Shown here one piece after another: positions 1 to 12,899 of a stretch of 64,000 bases of DNA. Source of the DNA: Lama guanicoe (Eukaryota); the NCBI GenBank assembly GCA_013239625.1, contig MU054391.1:7969095-8033094 (forward strand), read 5' to 3'. A program made the translations under genes and the position numbers. The first letter of the stretch is position 1. Every line of letters starts with the position of its first letter. The notes under the pieces are model-generated. The model did no database searches. It saw nothing but the letters and a program-made list of their open reading frames with translations, and had not been told where the DNA came from.

Positions 1-303
1 AGAAGTGTATCATTATAGGATGGCTTATAAAGGGGGAATGAGGAAGTTAGCCTTTTCTATGATTTTACCATGACATGGGGATTTCCAGATGGTAGAGGAC
101 TGGCTGAAAGATTATTTTATGCCATTTTAGGAGACAGCGTAGGTTTCATTTACAATTATTAGAGGCATTTAGAAGACATAACCTAAGTAAAATATTGTTT
201 ACATCCATGAAATGACCTAGATTAAATTTTGCTTATGTGGCTTGACTAGTTTTATCTGCTCAGGGGAATCCTCAAGTCGTCACCATTTTATTTGATTTTA
301 ACA
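1..303 (-). mobile_element. Probable ERV LTR fragment running off the window edge
   Basis: Ends in ...ccattttatttgattttaaca, i.e. TGTTAAAATCAAATAAAATGG on the minus strand, a TG-initiated LTR-like terminus; family not identified. Confidence 0.35.
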
Positions 304-393
304 CCTATCTGATCTCTATGCATATGTAAAAATCCAATTAACTGACTGGCTAATCTTCACACATTTATGCCTTGGCAAACTTTACATACATAG

Positions 394-989
394 TGTCTTA
401 GGCAGACTAATGGCTCCCAAAGTGTCCACAGTCTAATCCTTGGAGTCTGTGATGATGTTGCATTCCATGGTAAAAGAGACTTTGCAGATATGATTAAGGT
501 TTTTGAATTCAAGAGAGGTAGATGATCCTGGATTATCTGGGTAGACCCAATCAAATTATAGTATACCTTACAACAGATAACTTTCTCATGTTGGAGTTAA
601 AGAGATGCAGCAGCAGAAGTCAGAGAGATTCAAAGCACGGGATGGACTTGACCCACCATTGTTGGAGGTGGGCCACATGGAACGTATGAGCGGAAAGGCA
701 TGTGACCTCTAGGAGCAAGAGGCTGGGAATCCCAGCCCTACAACTGCAATGGCCCCGTTCAGTCAATAACCAGAGTGATCTCGGAAGCAGTGTTTTTCCC
801 CAGAGCTTTCAAAACGGAGCCTGAACACCTTGATTTTGGCCTTGTGAGACTCTACGCAGAGGAGAAGAGAAACCACCTTGTACCTCGACTTCTGACAGTT
901 CTCACAGAGCTGCGAGTTAATAGATGGGTATTGTTTTAAGCTGCTAAATTTGATGTAATTTGTTATGGCAGCAATGGAAAATTAATGCA
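394..989 (+). mobile_element. MaLR solo LTR, MLT1D/E-like
   Basis: tgt..aggcagactaatggctcccaaa start; gactttgcagatatgattaag; atcctggattatctgggt; 3' end tttgttatggcagcaatggaaaattaatgca. Confidence 0.9.
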
Positions 990-3529
990 TACAGTTTGAG
1001 ATTTGAGTTGAGTCGTGGATATACATATATATAAATATCTCCACTTTTCTACATTAAAATGCAGCCAATGAGACATCCACAGAATCTTTTCTAATTTTCT
1101 CCCAGTAATATAATTCTAAGATTCCATTTTACCATTATGTAATTTTAGCTCAAAAAACCCAAAGGCTGCAATTACTGAGGAGGGCTAATAAGATGCCTAA
1201 TGCATGCTACCTGAAGAAAATTGGACATGTTAATTTTCAGGGAGAATCTCCAGTGAATTCCCCAAGAAATTTCATTTTCTAGCACTTTTCGGCTCAAAGC
1301 AATTTTCAGTTTGGGGATCTGCAGCTGGTGCAATCAATTATATGATGGCTAGACCATCATTTTTCAGTGAAGAGTCCACCTCTGCCTCACTGGCAGTGGG
1401 ATTTAAGGAACCCAAGACATGTTGTCTTTCTGGATAAACAGTCGTCCATTATGGCGTTGAAACAATGCCATTGACTAGTACTTCTGTCTACTTTAGAGCT
1501 GCCCCCCCTCTGCCTTGGCTTCTCCCATGCTGTCTTCTGATGAAAGTATTTGTGTATGTGGTTTACCCCTTCTTCTACAGCCTATGTTGCTTCGTAGCAG
1601 AAAGTGAATCTCCCACATATTCATATTTCTGCAAGAGCCTAGAATCTGGCCTTTTAATAAATGCAAGACAATTTGTATAAAGATTGAAGGCTTTGCAAAC
1701 TCAGTCATCTAGTTCCCCTAGTACATGCCTGAGGCTTTGCTAGTTTCTAGGGAGGCCTTAACAAATCAGATCTATGTTTTCCACCCTCAAGGCACGCACA
1801 GGTTAATGGTGGTAGAGATGTACAAACTAAAGTTTGTGATACAACGTGACAAACATTATAATGGGTGAATATGCGGAGTATGAGCAGCACAAAGAGGAAA
1901 GAACTGGTACCTTCCGCGGGGAGGAGGGATGTCAAGGGTTTGCAGCAGAAGCAAAGTTCAAGGATCATCTTAAAGGATGTGAAGGTGGGATCCAGGGAAG
2001 AGATGGGCTTGCTCTCTGAGGCGTTAGGGTGGACACAGGGAAGTGGTAGAAGATGAGGGTGGAGAAACAGAAAACAAGATATGAACGGCCGGTGTGCTAT
2101 GGGATTTCACGCTGAGGAGGGTGCTATGGGATCAATGAGGCCTATCTACACGTTGGCATTGAGATGGTCTGATCTGACTGGCCCTACAGGGAGGGTATAA
2201 GGGAAGCCAGAGTCGGGCATGAGAGCCTTCTGGCAGCTACTGTCATTCTAAGGGCAGAACAGAAGCTGAAAGCTGGGTGGTGGCTACCAGGCTGAAAAGG
2301 AGTGGGTAGCCTTTAAAAGAGATGTGGTATGAAGACTGCAGACATGTAGTTGAAAATCACCAGCAAACTATGACAGTTTCAGTGGAAAAATATAATTAAG
2401 CGTGTTGTTCGGTGACACAGAATAAAGATGCCGGTTGAAGCAGCGGTTGTCTTTGCTGAAAGCAGCTCAGCTAATCGAAACCGCCTGGTGATGGAAATAA
2501 GCCAAGCCTGTCTCTCTCTTGTAAAAACAAACAAACAAACAAACAAAAGCCCAGCCTGTTTCACCTGAGTTTCTCTGAGCCAACAGAAGCGAATGCAGTA
2601 ACTGAAAGCACTAGGGACCGGAGACAATAAGTGTGGATTGCAAATTAGCTCAGATCTCTCCACTGAAAGGAGTTTCTTGCACCACCAGCACCAGGAACTT
2701 GCCCTTGAGGTCAGAGTGAACTTCAGTTTGGACAGAAACACATAGTATCTGAACATGATCGCTTCACGGGTGTTTTTACAGCCAAGTTGGAGACCAAGAC
2801 AGGATATCTAAAAATTGCATCAAAGCAGGTGAATAAAAACAGGAAAAGCAATGGCACATCAGGTCAGGTCAAGTCAGACCCCCATGTGTGACAGCAGCTC
2901 TGTGAACTCCTGGGGAGGTGGATGGGCAGGCCGGGCCTTCCTGGCACTCCACCTTTCATGGCAAGTGATCTGGATCAGCGAATAGGACATAACAGAGAAG
3001 GGTGGCCCACTTACCCAGAAGGTTCTCTTTGTCTACTACAATTCATAATACACCAGTTCAATCTCTAAATATCTCTAGAATGAGAGAAAAAGAAGAGATG
3101 TTTATATAAATAAAACTATCACTCCTGCCTAGAGAGGAGGGAAGCACCTTCAGTCCCATTTAAATGAATAAATGAGTAAATGAGTGAATTCCAAGCTATT
3201 AACCATCGTTGCAACTTAATTACTCATAAAAATCCCCCCAAAAGTCTTGATTTTTTTCTTCATTCATTTTTTAAAATTATATCAAGTTTCATAGTGTATA
3301 GAACGTGTCCAGCTGGGAAACACGTTACAACTCTCTTTCTCGACATTTCAAGGTTCCTTAGGATAATTGTTTAAAAAATCACAAAAATCAAGACATGTGG
3401 GAAAGGCCTCAATCATTGTCTAACTAGAAAAATAAACAGCATTCTAGTTATTTCAAAAAGAGGGAATTTAATATAGAGAATTAGTTACAAAAGTAATAGA
3501 ACTAAAGAGACACAATTTGGGAAGGTTAG

Positions 3530-4585
3530 AGAAAGAACTTTTAAAACTAAACAGTAAGAAAACAAACCAACAAAAAAGCCTTTTGCCAAGTGGGCGGGAG
3601 TTATGTCACCAAAGTGGCAATGGAGGCGACCCCAGCCTCTGTCCTCCTGCAAAGATGAACCATTAGACAGCTGTCTGGGAACAGCAGCCCTGGGAGAGTC
3701 CTGGAACCCAGTTAACTACCTTCAGCAACACGGGAAAACAAAACGTGTGAGAATAAGCACACGAAAACAGAAGGAGGGCAGTCTCATTTTGCCCACCTCA
3801 TCCCATCCCCGACGCTGGAACGTCTCGGCACCAAGAGGGAACTTCCTGAGTAGAAAGAGTTCCCCCCACCAGGAAGGCAAGTGTAGGATGTGGGGCCCCA
3901 CACAAAGGTCCCGCTTCCAGCAGCAGCCAAGCTGTGGGAGCGATCAAGATTCGCAGTGACCTGCTCTGCCACAGACCCAGCAGATTTTGCCACCAAGGAA
4001 ACCAGCAGCCAGCAAAGCCACTGCAGACCCCCTGCAGGTTTCACCAGCCTTCACGCCACAGGTGTCGGCATTCTCTGACGCCAGCTGCCTGGGTCCTTCC
4101 CAGCTCCCTCTGTGCTCAGCATCGCTAATCATCAGGAAAATGCAAATGAAAACCATGAGGAGATACCATCTCACTCCATCAAAAGATCATCAAAAAAGAC
4201 CAGCATTGGCAAGGATGTGGTCTACTGGTAGGATGGTAGATTGGGGATCCAATGTGCAGCATGGTGACTAGTGTCAATAACACTGTATTTTACACTTGAA
4301 AGCTGCTAAGAGAATAGATCTGAAGTTTTCTCACCACAAAAGTAGATGGTAATTATGTGACATGATGGAGCATTAGCTGATACTTGGGTGGTCATCATTT
4401 TGCACTATATAAGTGTATTATATCAACATATTATGCCCTTTACACAATGCTATATGTGAATTAATAAAGCTGGAAAAATTAAAAAAAAACAAAAAGTGGC
4501 GAAAAATATGAGCGGATACCTCACTGGGGAAGACAGATCGATGGAAAATAAGCATATGGAAAGATGCTCAAGATCTTATGTCGCT
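3530..4585 (+). mobile_element. Old L1 (L1MC-like) ORF2 fragment split by an insertion; pieces ~3530-3579 and ~4488-4585
   Basis: aaagaacttttaaaactaaacagtaagaaaacaaacc continues after the insertion as aaaaagtggcgaaaaatatgagcggatacctcac...aataagcatatggaaagatgctcaa, collinear with the L1 ORF2 region. Confidence 0.7.
3580..4490 (+). mobile_element. Internally deleted L1 derivative: 5'UTR-like segment, short ORF2 piece, L1MA9-like 3' end and A tail
   Basis: GC-richer ~3590-4110; tgctcagcatcgctaatcatcaggaaaatgcaaatgaaaacc (ORF2, ~4113-4220); gatccaatgtgcagcatggtgact...aataaagctggaaaaattaaaaaaaa (3' end). Confidence 0.65.
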
Positions 4586-5844
4586 TTTCCAAGGTCAAAA
4601 AGGTCTTCAGTGGCAAACTAGAGAGTCAATCTCTGTTTCACCTGCCATCAGGTTTTGTGCTGGTTTTATAACACTGGTAGCTTTTGCCTAATCAGAAAGT
4701 GAATGCTTGTTTTTGTTTTTGTTTTAATTTCCTAAAGTCATCCCAAGAATGGTTCACCCTAAAAGGCGTAAGTGAACACAAGCAGAATCAAGGCTGCGGA
4801 AGCACATTCTTGAGTCCAATTATTTCCTCCCTCCTCCCTCCTCCCCTGGTGGCATTAACCTAACCTTACTATTTTCGCCTGTATCCATGATGGAGGGAGT
4901 AGGTGTTAAAAAATCCGATTCAAAGAGATGAAGATAAATGAGCCCGTGTATGGCTGATTGCCATTAGCATTACTGCCGTCCCCACTCTGGCCGGACCGCG
5001 GACCCTGAGCCAAGTGTGTAAAGGCCCCAGACCTACGAAAGGATGGGCCCTTTGCTGCGCCGGGTTCATAGTCCTCCCTACAGGGGAGTGTGGGCACACC
5101 TTCCTGCGCAGACAAATATGACACTGAAGGAACAGAGGAGGGGCACCGGGTGTGTTGGAGAGTCCCCTAGCTCTGTGCCCGAGGATGCAGTGCACAGGTC
5201 AAAGACACAGTGAGAGCGTGTGGAGACGCCCTGCCACTAAGGAGCGAAGGCCGCCGTGTGGGTCCTGCAGGGGTGGGCACTTGGGCGTGCATGTGCTTGT
5301 GCAGCACGAGCACGAGAAGGGCTGAGTGGGCCGTGTGAATGGTGCTTTATAGTGGGCTATTGTGCCTGCCTTCGAAGGAGGCCAGGAATGAAAGCAATGC
5401 GTATAATGCATGAGGGAAGGCCCTGACTAAAAAGGGGGGAGTGTTTGCGTTGCACGTGGGTGAGAGAAGCACGGGCCTTTTCCTTTCGCGTAGCAATCCA
5501 CCACTGTCACTGGGGGAGGCTGGTTCGCCTGAGAACTTCGGGTTTTCGTCCCCTTTTAGTCTCAGTGTCCCTCTCTGGCAAAGGCAATATGCATTGTGTT
5601 TGTTGTGTTTAATGTATCCAAACTTACTCATCTCTTTCTAGCTCTAAAGTCCTGGGAGGTGGTCATTAAGTTGAGCAGAACATCTTTTCGGTCCTCACGG
5701 AGCTTACAATTTAGAAGTGGAGAAAAAGAAGATAAGCCCAAAGATTCTGATGCAAAAATAAATACATACATAGATACCTAAATCCATAAATAAAGTTACT
5801 TAAAAGCGAGGATGCCAGAAGAGGTGGAGGGGAAAGGAAACCAT

Positions 5845-6045
5845 CGTGTATTAAGAGCTTTGATGTTTTAGGGACTTTATATAGGTTGTTCCATTTAAAC
5901 CGCACGGCATCCGCGGAAGGACGCAGTGCTAGTCACGCTTTGCAAAGAGGTCGTGCAGTTCCGAGAAGCAAAGTGACTTGTCCAACGTCGCACAGTCGGG
6001 ACCCACCCGGGCTCAGCCTGAGGGAAGGTCTTCTGACTCCCGCAT
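5845..6045 (-). mobile_element. MIR SINE, unusually CpG-rich
   Basis: ccatttaaaccgcacggcatcc...aaagtgacttgtccaacgtcgcacag...tctgactcc follows the antisense MIR core layout. Confidence 0.7.
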
Positions 6046-7789
6046 CCTGAACCACGCTTGTCCAGCAGAGGGGCTGACAGAGTGCTGCAAGACTCAGTAA
6101 ACGACAGCCATCCCGGCTGGATGGAGAAGACGGTTGGGAAAGGGACCAGGACAGCTCTGGCTTTGAAGACACTGGACCAGGTTTGAGGTACAAGGTGGCT
6201 GGGTCGTCGGGGGAGGGACTTTCCGAGGAGAAGCAGAAGCAAGATGAGCGAAGAAGCACACCTGACAAGGCTCACCCGGCGGCCCCTGCGGAAGAGCACG
6301 TGGTCCTGGGCAGCGGCAGGGCCGGGGCCCACCGAGCGCGCGCCAGGGGCCGGCCGGCGGTGGGCGGCAGGGCGGGTTAGGCCCGCACGGGCTGCCAGGG
6401 GAGATCCCAGAAGCCAAGGGGCTGGCTGAGCTGCATCTACTGACATGCGGTCCCTTGTTTTCTGTGTGGCTTCCCCTTGTATTTCTCCTCTGTTTTTGCT
6501 ATTCTGGGCCCATGGTTTTGGAAGTGAAGGGCTCCGGAGATGAACAAATGATGCAGCTTGTTATTTTGATAGAACATAACTTAAAATCTAAATGACTGGG
6601 CCCTCCTGTTCCTGACTTGGGTTGGATATTGCAGATGAGAGGAATCACCGCAACACCCCTCCAACCCCAAACGGTGTCTGCGCAGAGCCGGGCCAGGACG
6701 CTTGCCCCACTGACAGCAGAGCCTGTTAGGGAGCCCAGGGCCCCTAAAAACAGACCCAACATACTATGAGGTTCCTTCCTGACCTCCCTTGTAAAACTGG
6801 AGGAATGAAGCTCTTTCCATCCTGAAGTGGGCACTGCTTTGCTTTGTGTATGGCCCTCTGCTCTGCAAACTGGAGGTGCCTTTCGAGAGCAGAAAGAGTC
6901 AAAGGGAGGAGCGTCTTTCCGTGTGGCAGGCATGCCCTCTGACAGGGAGGCTTTTGTTTCTCAGCTGCCGTGATCAAGCAGCAGACGGGGATGGTGGGCC
7001 CGCAGCTGGCCAGTGCGACAGAGACTGTTCTGTCTCCGGGGGGGAGCAAGGCTTCCGGGAGCCGCCAGTTGGCATCGCGACAGCTGCCGATGGCAAAAGC
7101 ATCGGGAACAGCATGTCGGGAAATTCCTGATGCAGCTCCCGTGAGCGGGTCCCCGCACAGACAACGCCAGGAACGTTGCAGCAAATCGCTCTTTGTAGTT
7201 CCTCCCTCTATAAGCAGATGCAGACTTTTAGACAGTTCTTGCAAATGAACACCTTGTGCAACACATTTATTTGGGTGGAGGGACAGATGGGGACACAGTA
7301 GCCTACTGCAGTTGATACAATATGGGATCGGAAGTCACAGAATCGCAGTTTATGCAAAAGGCAATTTAATGATAAAGGTCTTGAGCCTGGTGCTTATTAA
7401 ATGTGCCAGGTTGCCACACATACAGATGGAGGCATTGCCTTTGAAATGATTTTCCAGGGAAACCATGGCTGGAACATTTGCACACGCCTCCTCTGCCCAC
7501 ACCCCCTCAGCACCCTGCCGGGACCCCCACAGGGGAAACTTGCCCTTCGTTCATGGAGCAGTGCCCAGGGTCTCCTCTGGTCTGGCCAACCGCTTTTCTT
7601 GACAGTCCTGCCTCCTGATAACTCTGAAGCTTTCTGCAAAAGCCAAATCCACGTCAGGGGACGAGGATGGGTGGTGATTTCCTCTGAAGGGAGAAGCAAG
7701 ATGGTTTCAGGGTTTGAGATGTGTTTTTCAAACAAGAATTCCAGCTGGTATGTGCTTACTTACTTGTCCACTGGTCCACGCATTCAAAT

Positions 7790-8545
7790 GTAGTTACGGT
7801 GTCCCTCCATGGGGCAGGGGCTGCGCCAGGCGGCACTGAGGTCCTGAGGACATGCTGGGGACTCAAACCCAACAAGGTTTCTGCCCTGGTTACATGAGAG
7901 GAGGGAGTACGAATAACTCAAATGAACATGGAGGTTCAAACCATGTAAGTGATGTGAAGGGGACTATGGGGGAGACCAGAATCTAGATGAGGGGGAAGAG
8001 GGCTGCTCTGACCAAGGGTGATGCATCCAGCAAGGCTGCATGGGACTTGGGCCACGGACGAGTCTGGGAGCAGCCCTGCAGCCCTGCATCGAGGGCACAG
8101 TGTGGCTGAAAGCCACGGACAGAGAGGGCTTTGCTCTGCTCAGCGCCCTGGAGGAGCAAGGGGGCACGCTGAGTGACAGTAATCTGAGGAAGAGGGTTTC
8201 CGGAAGAGGCTGCAGAGGGGTCCGTCCCTGACCACAGGGTGTCGGACCCTGTGAATGCTTTTGAATTTTATCTTAGATGCAAAGTTTTGAATCAGAGAAG
8301 TGGCACAATCACACTGGTGTTTGAAGAGGGTTTTCCCTGATGCGGGGGTGTGGGTGGACCTTGTACTGGAGGAGGGCAGGGCTGGGAGCAGATCACCGCT
8401 CAGGAGGTGGTCCTGGTGGTCCAGGTGAGGGCCGAGAGGGGCTTTGTCTAGGGGGCACGCATAGAGTGGAGGGGAACTGGATGTATCTGAGATGTGTTTT
8501 GGAGCTAGAAACGCTGAGCCTTGGTGGTGGTGTGAAGTGGGGAAT
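7790..8545 (-). mobile_element. L2 LINE fragment
   Basis: ttttgaattttatcttagatgc...tttgaatcagagaagtggcacaatc; gtggtccaggtgag; tgagatgtgttttggagctagaa. Confidence 0.7.
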
Positions 8546-8779
8546 GACTGGATATTTCATGAGTGTCAGAGCATGTCACTTTCTCTGCATCATAGCCCCG
8601 TGTGGGTAGTATTATTAAACACATACGCATAGGTAACGTCTCGCACAGTTGAATCTGCTAGTCAGGAGTCTTCTATGACCTGATTCCAAACTACCTTCAG
8701 GCCAGTTTTCCGGACAACTCCTATTAATTATCCCAAGATCTTGGACATTCACCTACTCCTCTTCACCAAAACAAAGTCT

Positions 8780-9441
8780 GTTTTTGCACGTTTCCTTAGT
8801 GTGGCCTGTGGATGTGCTCTTCTCTCCCTGCTTACACAGCTCTGCCACAAGATGCTCTGCATTCAGAGCCAGCAAAAATCCCACCTCCTCCGTGAAGTCT
8901 TCCCTGACTGCTCGCAGGCAAGGGCAGCTATTATTCTCTCTGTTCTGATCCAGCCCCTTGTCCCTTTTTCCAGCATCTGCCTATGTTTTGTACAGAAGTG
9001 TCAGTAGTGTAGACTTAGTCTCAGACACACCTGGATTGGATCCTGGCTTTACCCCATGGTGGCTTTCTGACTCAGGGCAAGTTACTGGGTCTCCTTTAGC
9101 TCCTGCTACCTCACTGATAGAATAAATATGAATAGTGCATACTTCCAGGGATTGTGGTGAAGATTAGATAAGACAAAATAGGTCAACTGTGTCACATGGT
9201 AGCTGGTACAATGGATGTCAGCCATCATCACCACGACCACCACCATCATCATCTAATCATTATTATCCATAATTTTAATCAAGAATCTTTGCTCATCTTT
9301 TCTCCTACATGGCTAGATTGAACCTTCCTCAGGGCAGAGGTCAGGACATTCAGTTTGGCATCTCTGACACCTAACACAAAGTCTAGAATCGCACAGATAC
9401 TCACTATATATTTTTAAATTAGTGAGAAAAATGAATAAATG
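8780..9441 (+). mobile_element. L2 3' region interrupted by a MIR
   Basis: cacctcctccgtgaagtcttccctgac; then ctagattgaaccttcctcagggcagagg...tgaataaatg L2 tail. Confidence 0.6.
9003..9230 (+). mobile_element. MIR SINE
   Basis: tcagacacacctggattggatcctggc...gggcaagttact...agggattgtggtgaagattagataag. Confidence 0.75.
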
Positions 9442-10941
9442 GTAAGATGAAACGCTCTAGAAAGTCAGGTGACAGAAGGAAATCTGGGAACCAGTCATTC
9501 CCCTTTAACCCAAATACTTCGTTTCATTATATAACCTACGATTTATTATCAGGATAGTAGACGTATCCCGGTCTCAGAAGGTCACTGCCTGTGGGAAATA
9601 AACAGGAAATCTCATTGTATTTCTACTTTTAAAATGGAATCCCTCATTTCTCTCCACGCACCGAAAAGCAGTTGTATTTGGTGGGAGGCTGTAAGCGGGG
9701 GAGTTGAGAGGTTGGCTTCAAAACGGGGATGAAGTGTCGGCAGCACATTAAAGCCAGGAAGCAGGTGCATCACACACATCACGTTGTAGAGCACGGTCAC
9801 GGGCAGTGGTTTGACTCATCTTTCAGCAGAGGGTTCTGCTCAAAAGCAGAGTTTAACGTCTCTGTTTAGTGGAATGTTGTTCGTACTAGTTTTGAACATC
9901 ATTATTGAACTAATATTCAGACCTTCTGGGATATCCAGCAGAAGAGAAGACAGTGTGTTTTGTTACTTTCAGCCTCTCGTTTCTAAGTAGCATAGATCTC
10001 CCAGCAGGAGCAGGGGCCTTTTGTTTGGGCAGGTAAGGTGGTGGGTGGGTGGGCAAGTTTCAAGATAAAATACAGCAAGACATAACTGCATTACCTCACA
10101 CAGGAGAAGAGTCTGGATGGTCACATGAAAACTGCAGCTAAACCAGAAAGAGCTGGGGAGGCAGGGAGAAAGCTCAAAGAATGAACAGAATCACCAGCCA
10201 GCCTCCGCCATGGAAAATTTTTGACACCAAGGAGCTGTCTAAGGGAGATTTCAATTTGCTGTTGGCTAGGCCAGTATAAACCCTCTGTTGGCTCAATGCA
10301 ACCTCCAGTAAATTATATATTGCTCATGAGATCTTTTGTGTGAATGGATTATTTTAGGGGGAAGCAACTAACTGAAGGGAACCAGAAACATAGTTATTTT
10401 TTTCCCATTTGAGAAAGTAGTAAGACACATTTTTAAATGAGGGGAAACAAGAGATTACAGGGTTTAGTGCTTTCCAAGCAAAGAAATGTCTTTGTGTTTT
10501 TCCTTATAAGAATGAAGGAACAAGAAAGCAAAAACAGAAGATAAAACAAGAGTGAAAGAAACTTTATAAACTATATTTATACATAAGGTATCATCAGACT
10601 TACTCTCCTCATTCTCAGTTTCTTGGTCAAGCTATTTGTGCGAGCAGACTACACAGAGAAAGAAAAATCCACATGCAAAGTCCGTGAGAAAAGATGAAAG
10701 TACATTTGCCATCAGACTGGCTTGGAACTTGGGACCCATGCTATTGGTACCAAACTGGGAAAGACTGGTTGTTTAAGGAAAAAAATATCCCATTGGAGAT
10801 TATTGTGAAGACTAGTGAGTGGCAGGCAGAGATACTATGATGCAATGATTAAGGCTTAGCGAGAACGCTGAGACCCGTGGATACAGGATGGATGGTCGGC
10901 TGTTTCTTACTCACTGGCATCAGTTCTCATTGATGGGGCTC

Positions 10942-11256
10942 CGTGATGGTTAATTTTAACGTGTCAACTTGACTGACTTGAGATGCCCAGGTAGCTGAGA
11001 AAACATTACCTCTGGGTATGTCTGTGAAGGTGTCTCTGGAAGAGATTAGCTGCTGATTCAGTAGGCTGAGGAGAGAGAGCCACCCTCACCAATGTCGGTG
11101 GCAACATCCCATCTGCTCGGGGCCTGCTAAAACAAAGAGGTGAAGGAAGGACAAGTTCCCCCTCTCTCTCCTTGGGCTCAGACATCCATCTCTTCCATCC
11201 CTCGGACATTGGAGCACCTGGTTCTTGGGCCCGGGGGCTCTGGGACTAACACCACG
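10942..11256 (+). mobile_element. ERVL LTR, MLT2-like, 3' truncated
   Basis: gtgatggttaattttaacgtgtcaacttgactg; tctgggtatgtctgtgaaggtgtctctggaagagattagc; ccctcaccaatgtcggtggcaacatc. Confidence 0.9.
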
Positions 11257-11399
11257 GGCACTGAGAAGGATAAAAGGCGCTCCCAAAGAACAATCGAAGT
11301 GATGCTACCGTACGTGGGAACAGAGAATGGACAGGCAAGAACCAGCACACGCCCCCTTTCTTTACGGTCTAATTTCCTGGTTTATCTCTTCAATTTTCG

Positions 11400-11620
11400 T
11401 ACATTCCAGGGTTCTCTAGTGCACCAGGTACTCTTGTATCTCTGAGTTTTTGCACGCATTGTTCTTTTATCCTTAGATGCCTCTCCTCGTCTCCTTTTCT
11501 TTGGCAAACTTCTACTTATGCCTCAGGACCCAGATACCACCTCCTTCTGTGGAGTTCCCCTTTTAACTGCCTTTCCTAAACTTGCACCTCCCTCCTCTGT
11601 GCAGGCATAATATTTTGTAC
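11400..11620 (+). mobile_element. L2 fragment
   Basis: tttgcacgcattgttc...ggcaaacttctacttatgcctcaggacccag...cacctcc. Confidence 0.5.
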
Positions 11621-11798
11621 ATGAAAAGCAGGAATCGAATTAATTAGCAAGGATATGAAGCTGCACAACCCACATCCTTTTGAAAATGGAAAGCAGATGA
11701 GGTTGGATTAGATAAGATCAAACAACATCAACCCAACAAATGGGTATTGAGTGTGTACAACGCACAGAGGTCCCAGATCAGAATCTTACCTGATTTGG

Positions 11799-11820
11799 GT
11801 GTGTGTGTGTGTGTGTGTGT
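11799..11820. repeat. (GT)11 microsatellite
   Basis: Direct read. Confidence 0.95.
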
Positions 11821-12899
11821 TTAGAATCAAAGGCTTTTAAGGTCCTGGTTTTTTAAAGCTTATCTATTTCAACCACTTCCTTATTCAGATCAGGAAACTG
11901 AGACTGAAGTGGGTTTCTTTCTAGCTCTCAGAATATATGATCTGAGCCACCAAAAAGGAAGGGAAGGTTGGCCAATTCTAGCCTAGGAAACCACAGCTAT
12001 GTAGCTTAAACTTCCTGTTTTAAGTGCCACGCCTGGACAAATTTCTTGTCTCCAGTGCTAGTGGCCACTCCAGAGAGAGAGAATCAAAAATCACTCCGCC
12101 TTTGTCTCTCTCTGTTCCCTCTCCCCTTTCCCTTTGGAAAAATAGAAAACAAAGAGAAGTGAGAGGCAGGGCCAGGGTGCTGGAAAACGGACTCAGATTT
12201 TTTTTTTTCCTGTTTCTTTGATGTGTTTGAGGAAGAACACGATTGATGGCTCACTCCATAGTGAAGAGACGCGGTCCATGTTGCTGGAAATTCAAAACGT
12301 GCAAACAGTATGTATCAGACCCACGGGGACCACAGGGACATGGAAGCATTTTAAAGTAAAGGGACCATGGTGACTTCTGCGGCAGAAGCCCCTTCTATTT
12401 TTATGACGACGTCTATGCAGACATTCTCTTTTGAAAGAGTCAGAGTGGGTTAGAAGCAGAACTGCGTGAAGCCTGTGATACTCATAATGGAAAGTGAAGA
12501 TTTATTTGGATTCTTGCCAGGTTTACTCAGGCGCAGACATGCAGGAATATTCCCATAAAACGATTTTTATGAAAAAATGCACAGGCCTGGTCCTTCCCGG
12601 GGTCACTGTCCCACACTGCCTTCCGGCCCTCTCCAGGCTCCACCCCACGGATGCCTCCCCCACCTGCTTCCAGATCCCTTTAGATCTTTCTTTGGAACCT
12701 ACTATTGTCCATATTCTCAGACAATATCCTGGCCCCTCTGCCTGCCATTTGGACTTTTCTCAATCACCCCAATTTCTCCATACAGTGTTGAAGGATGTTT
12801 GAAGGAAGACCCGCCTGGGTTTGCTACTGTTTTGGTAACTTACCAGGTTACCACGCTGACTCTGACCAGTGTCTACTGCAGTGCAAGTGCCTGTAGATA

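Noticed and set aside
5895..6446. 183-aa ATG ORF in CpG patch
   Set aside because: Half overlaps a MIR; several frames are open because of GC content.
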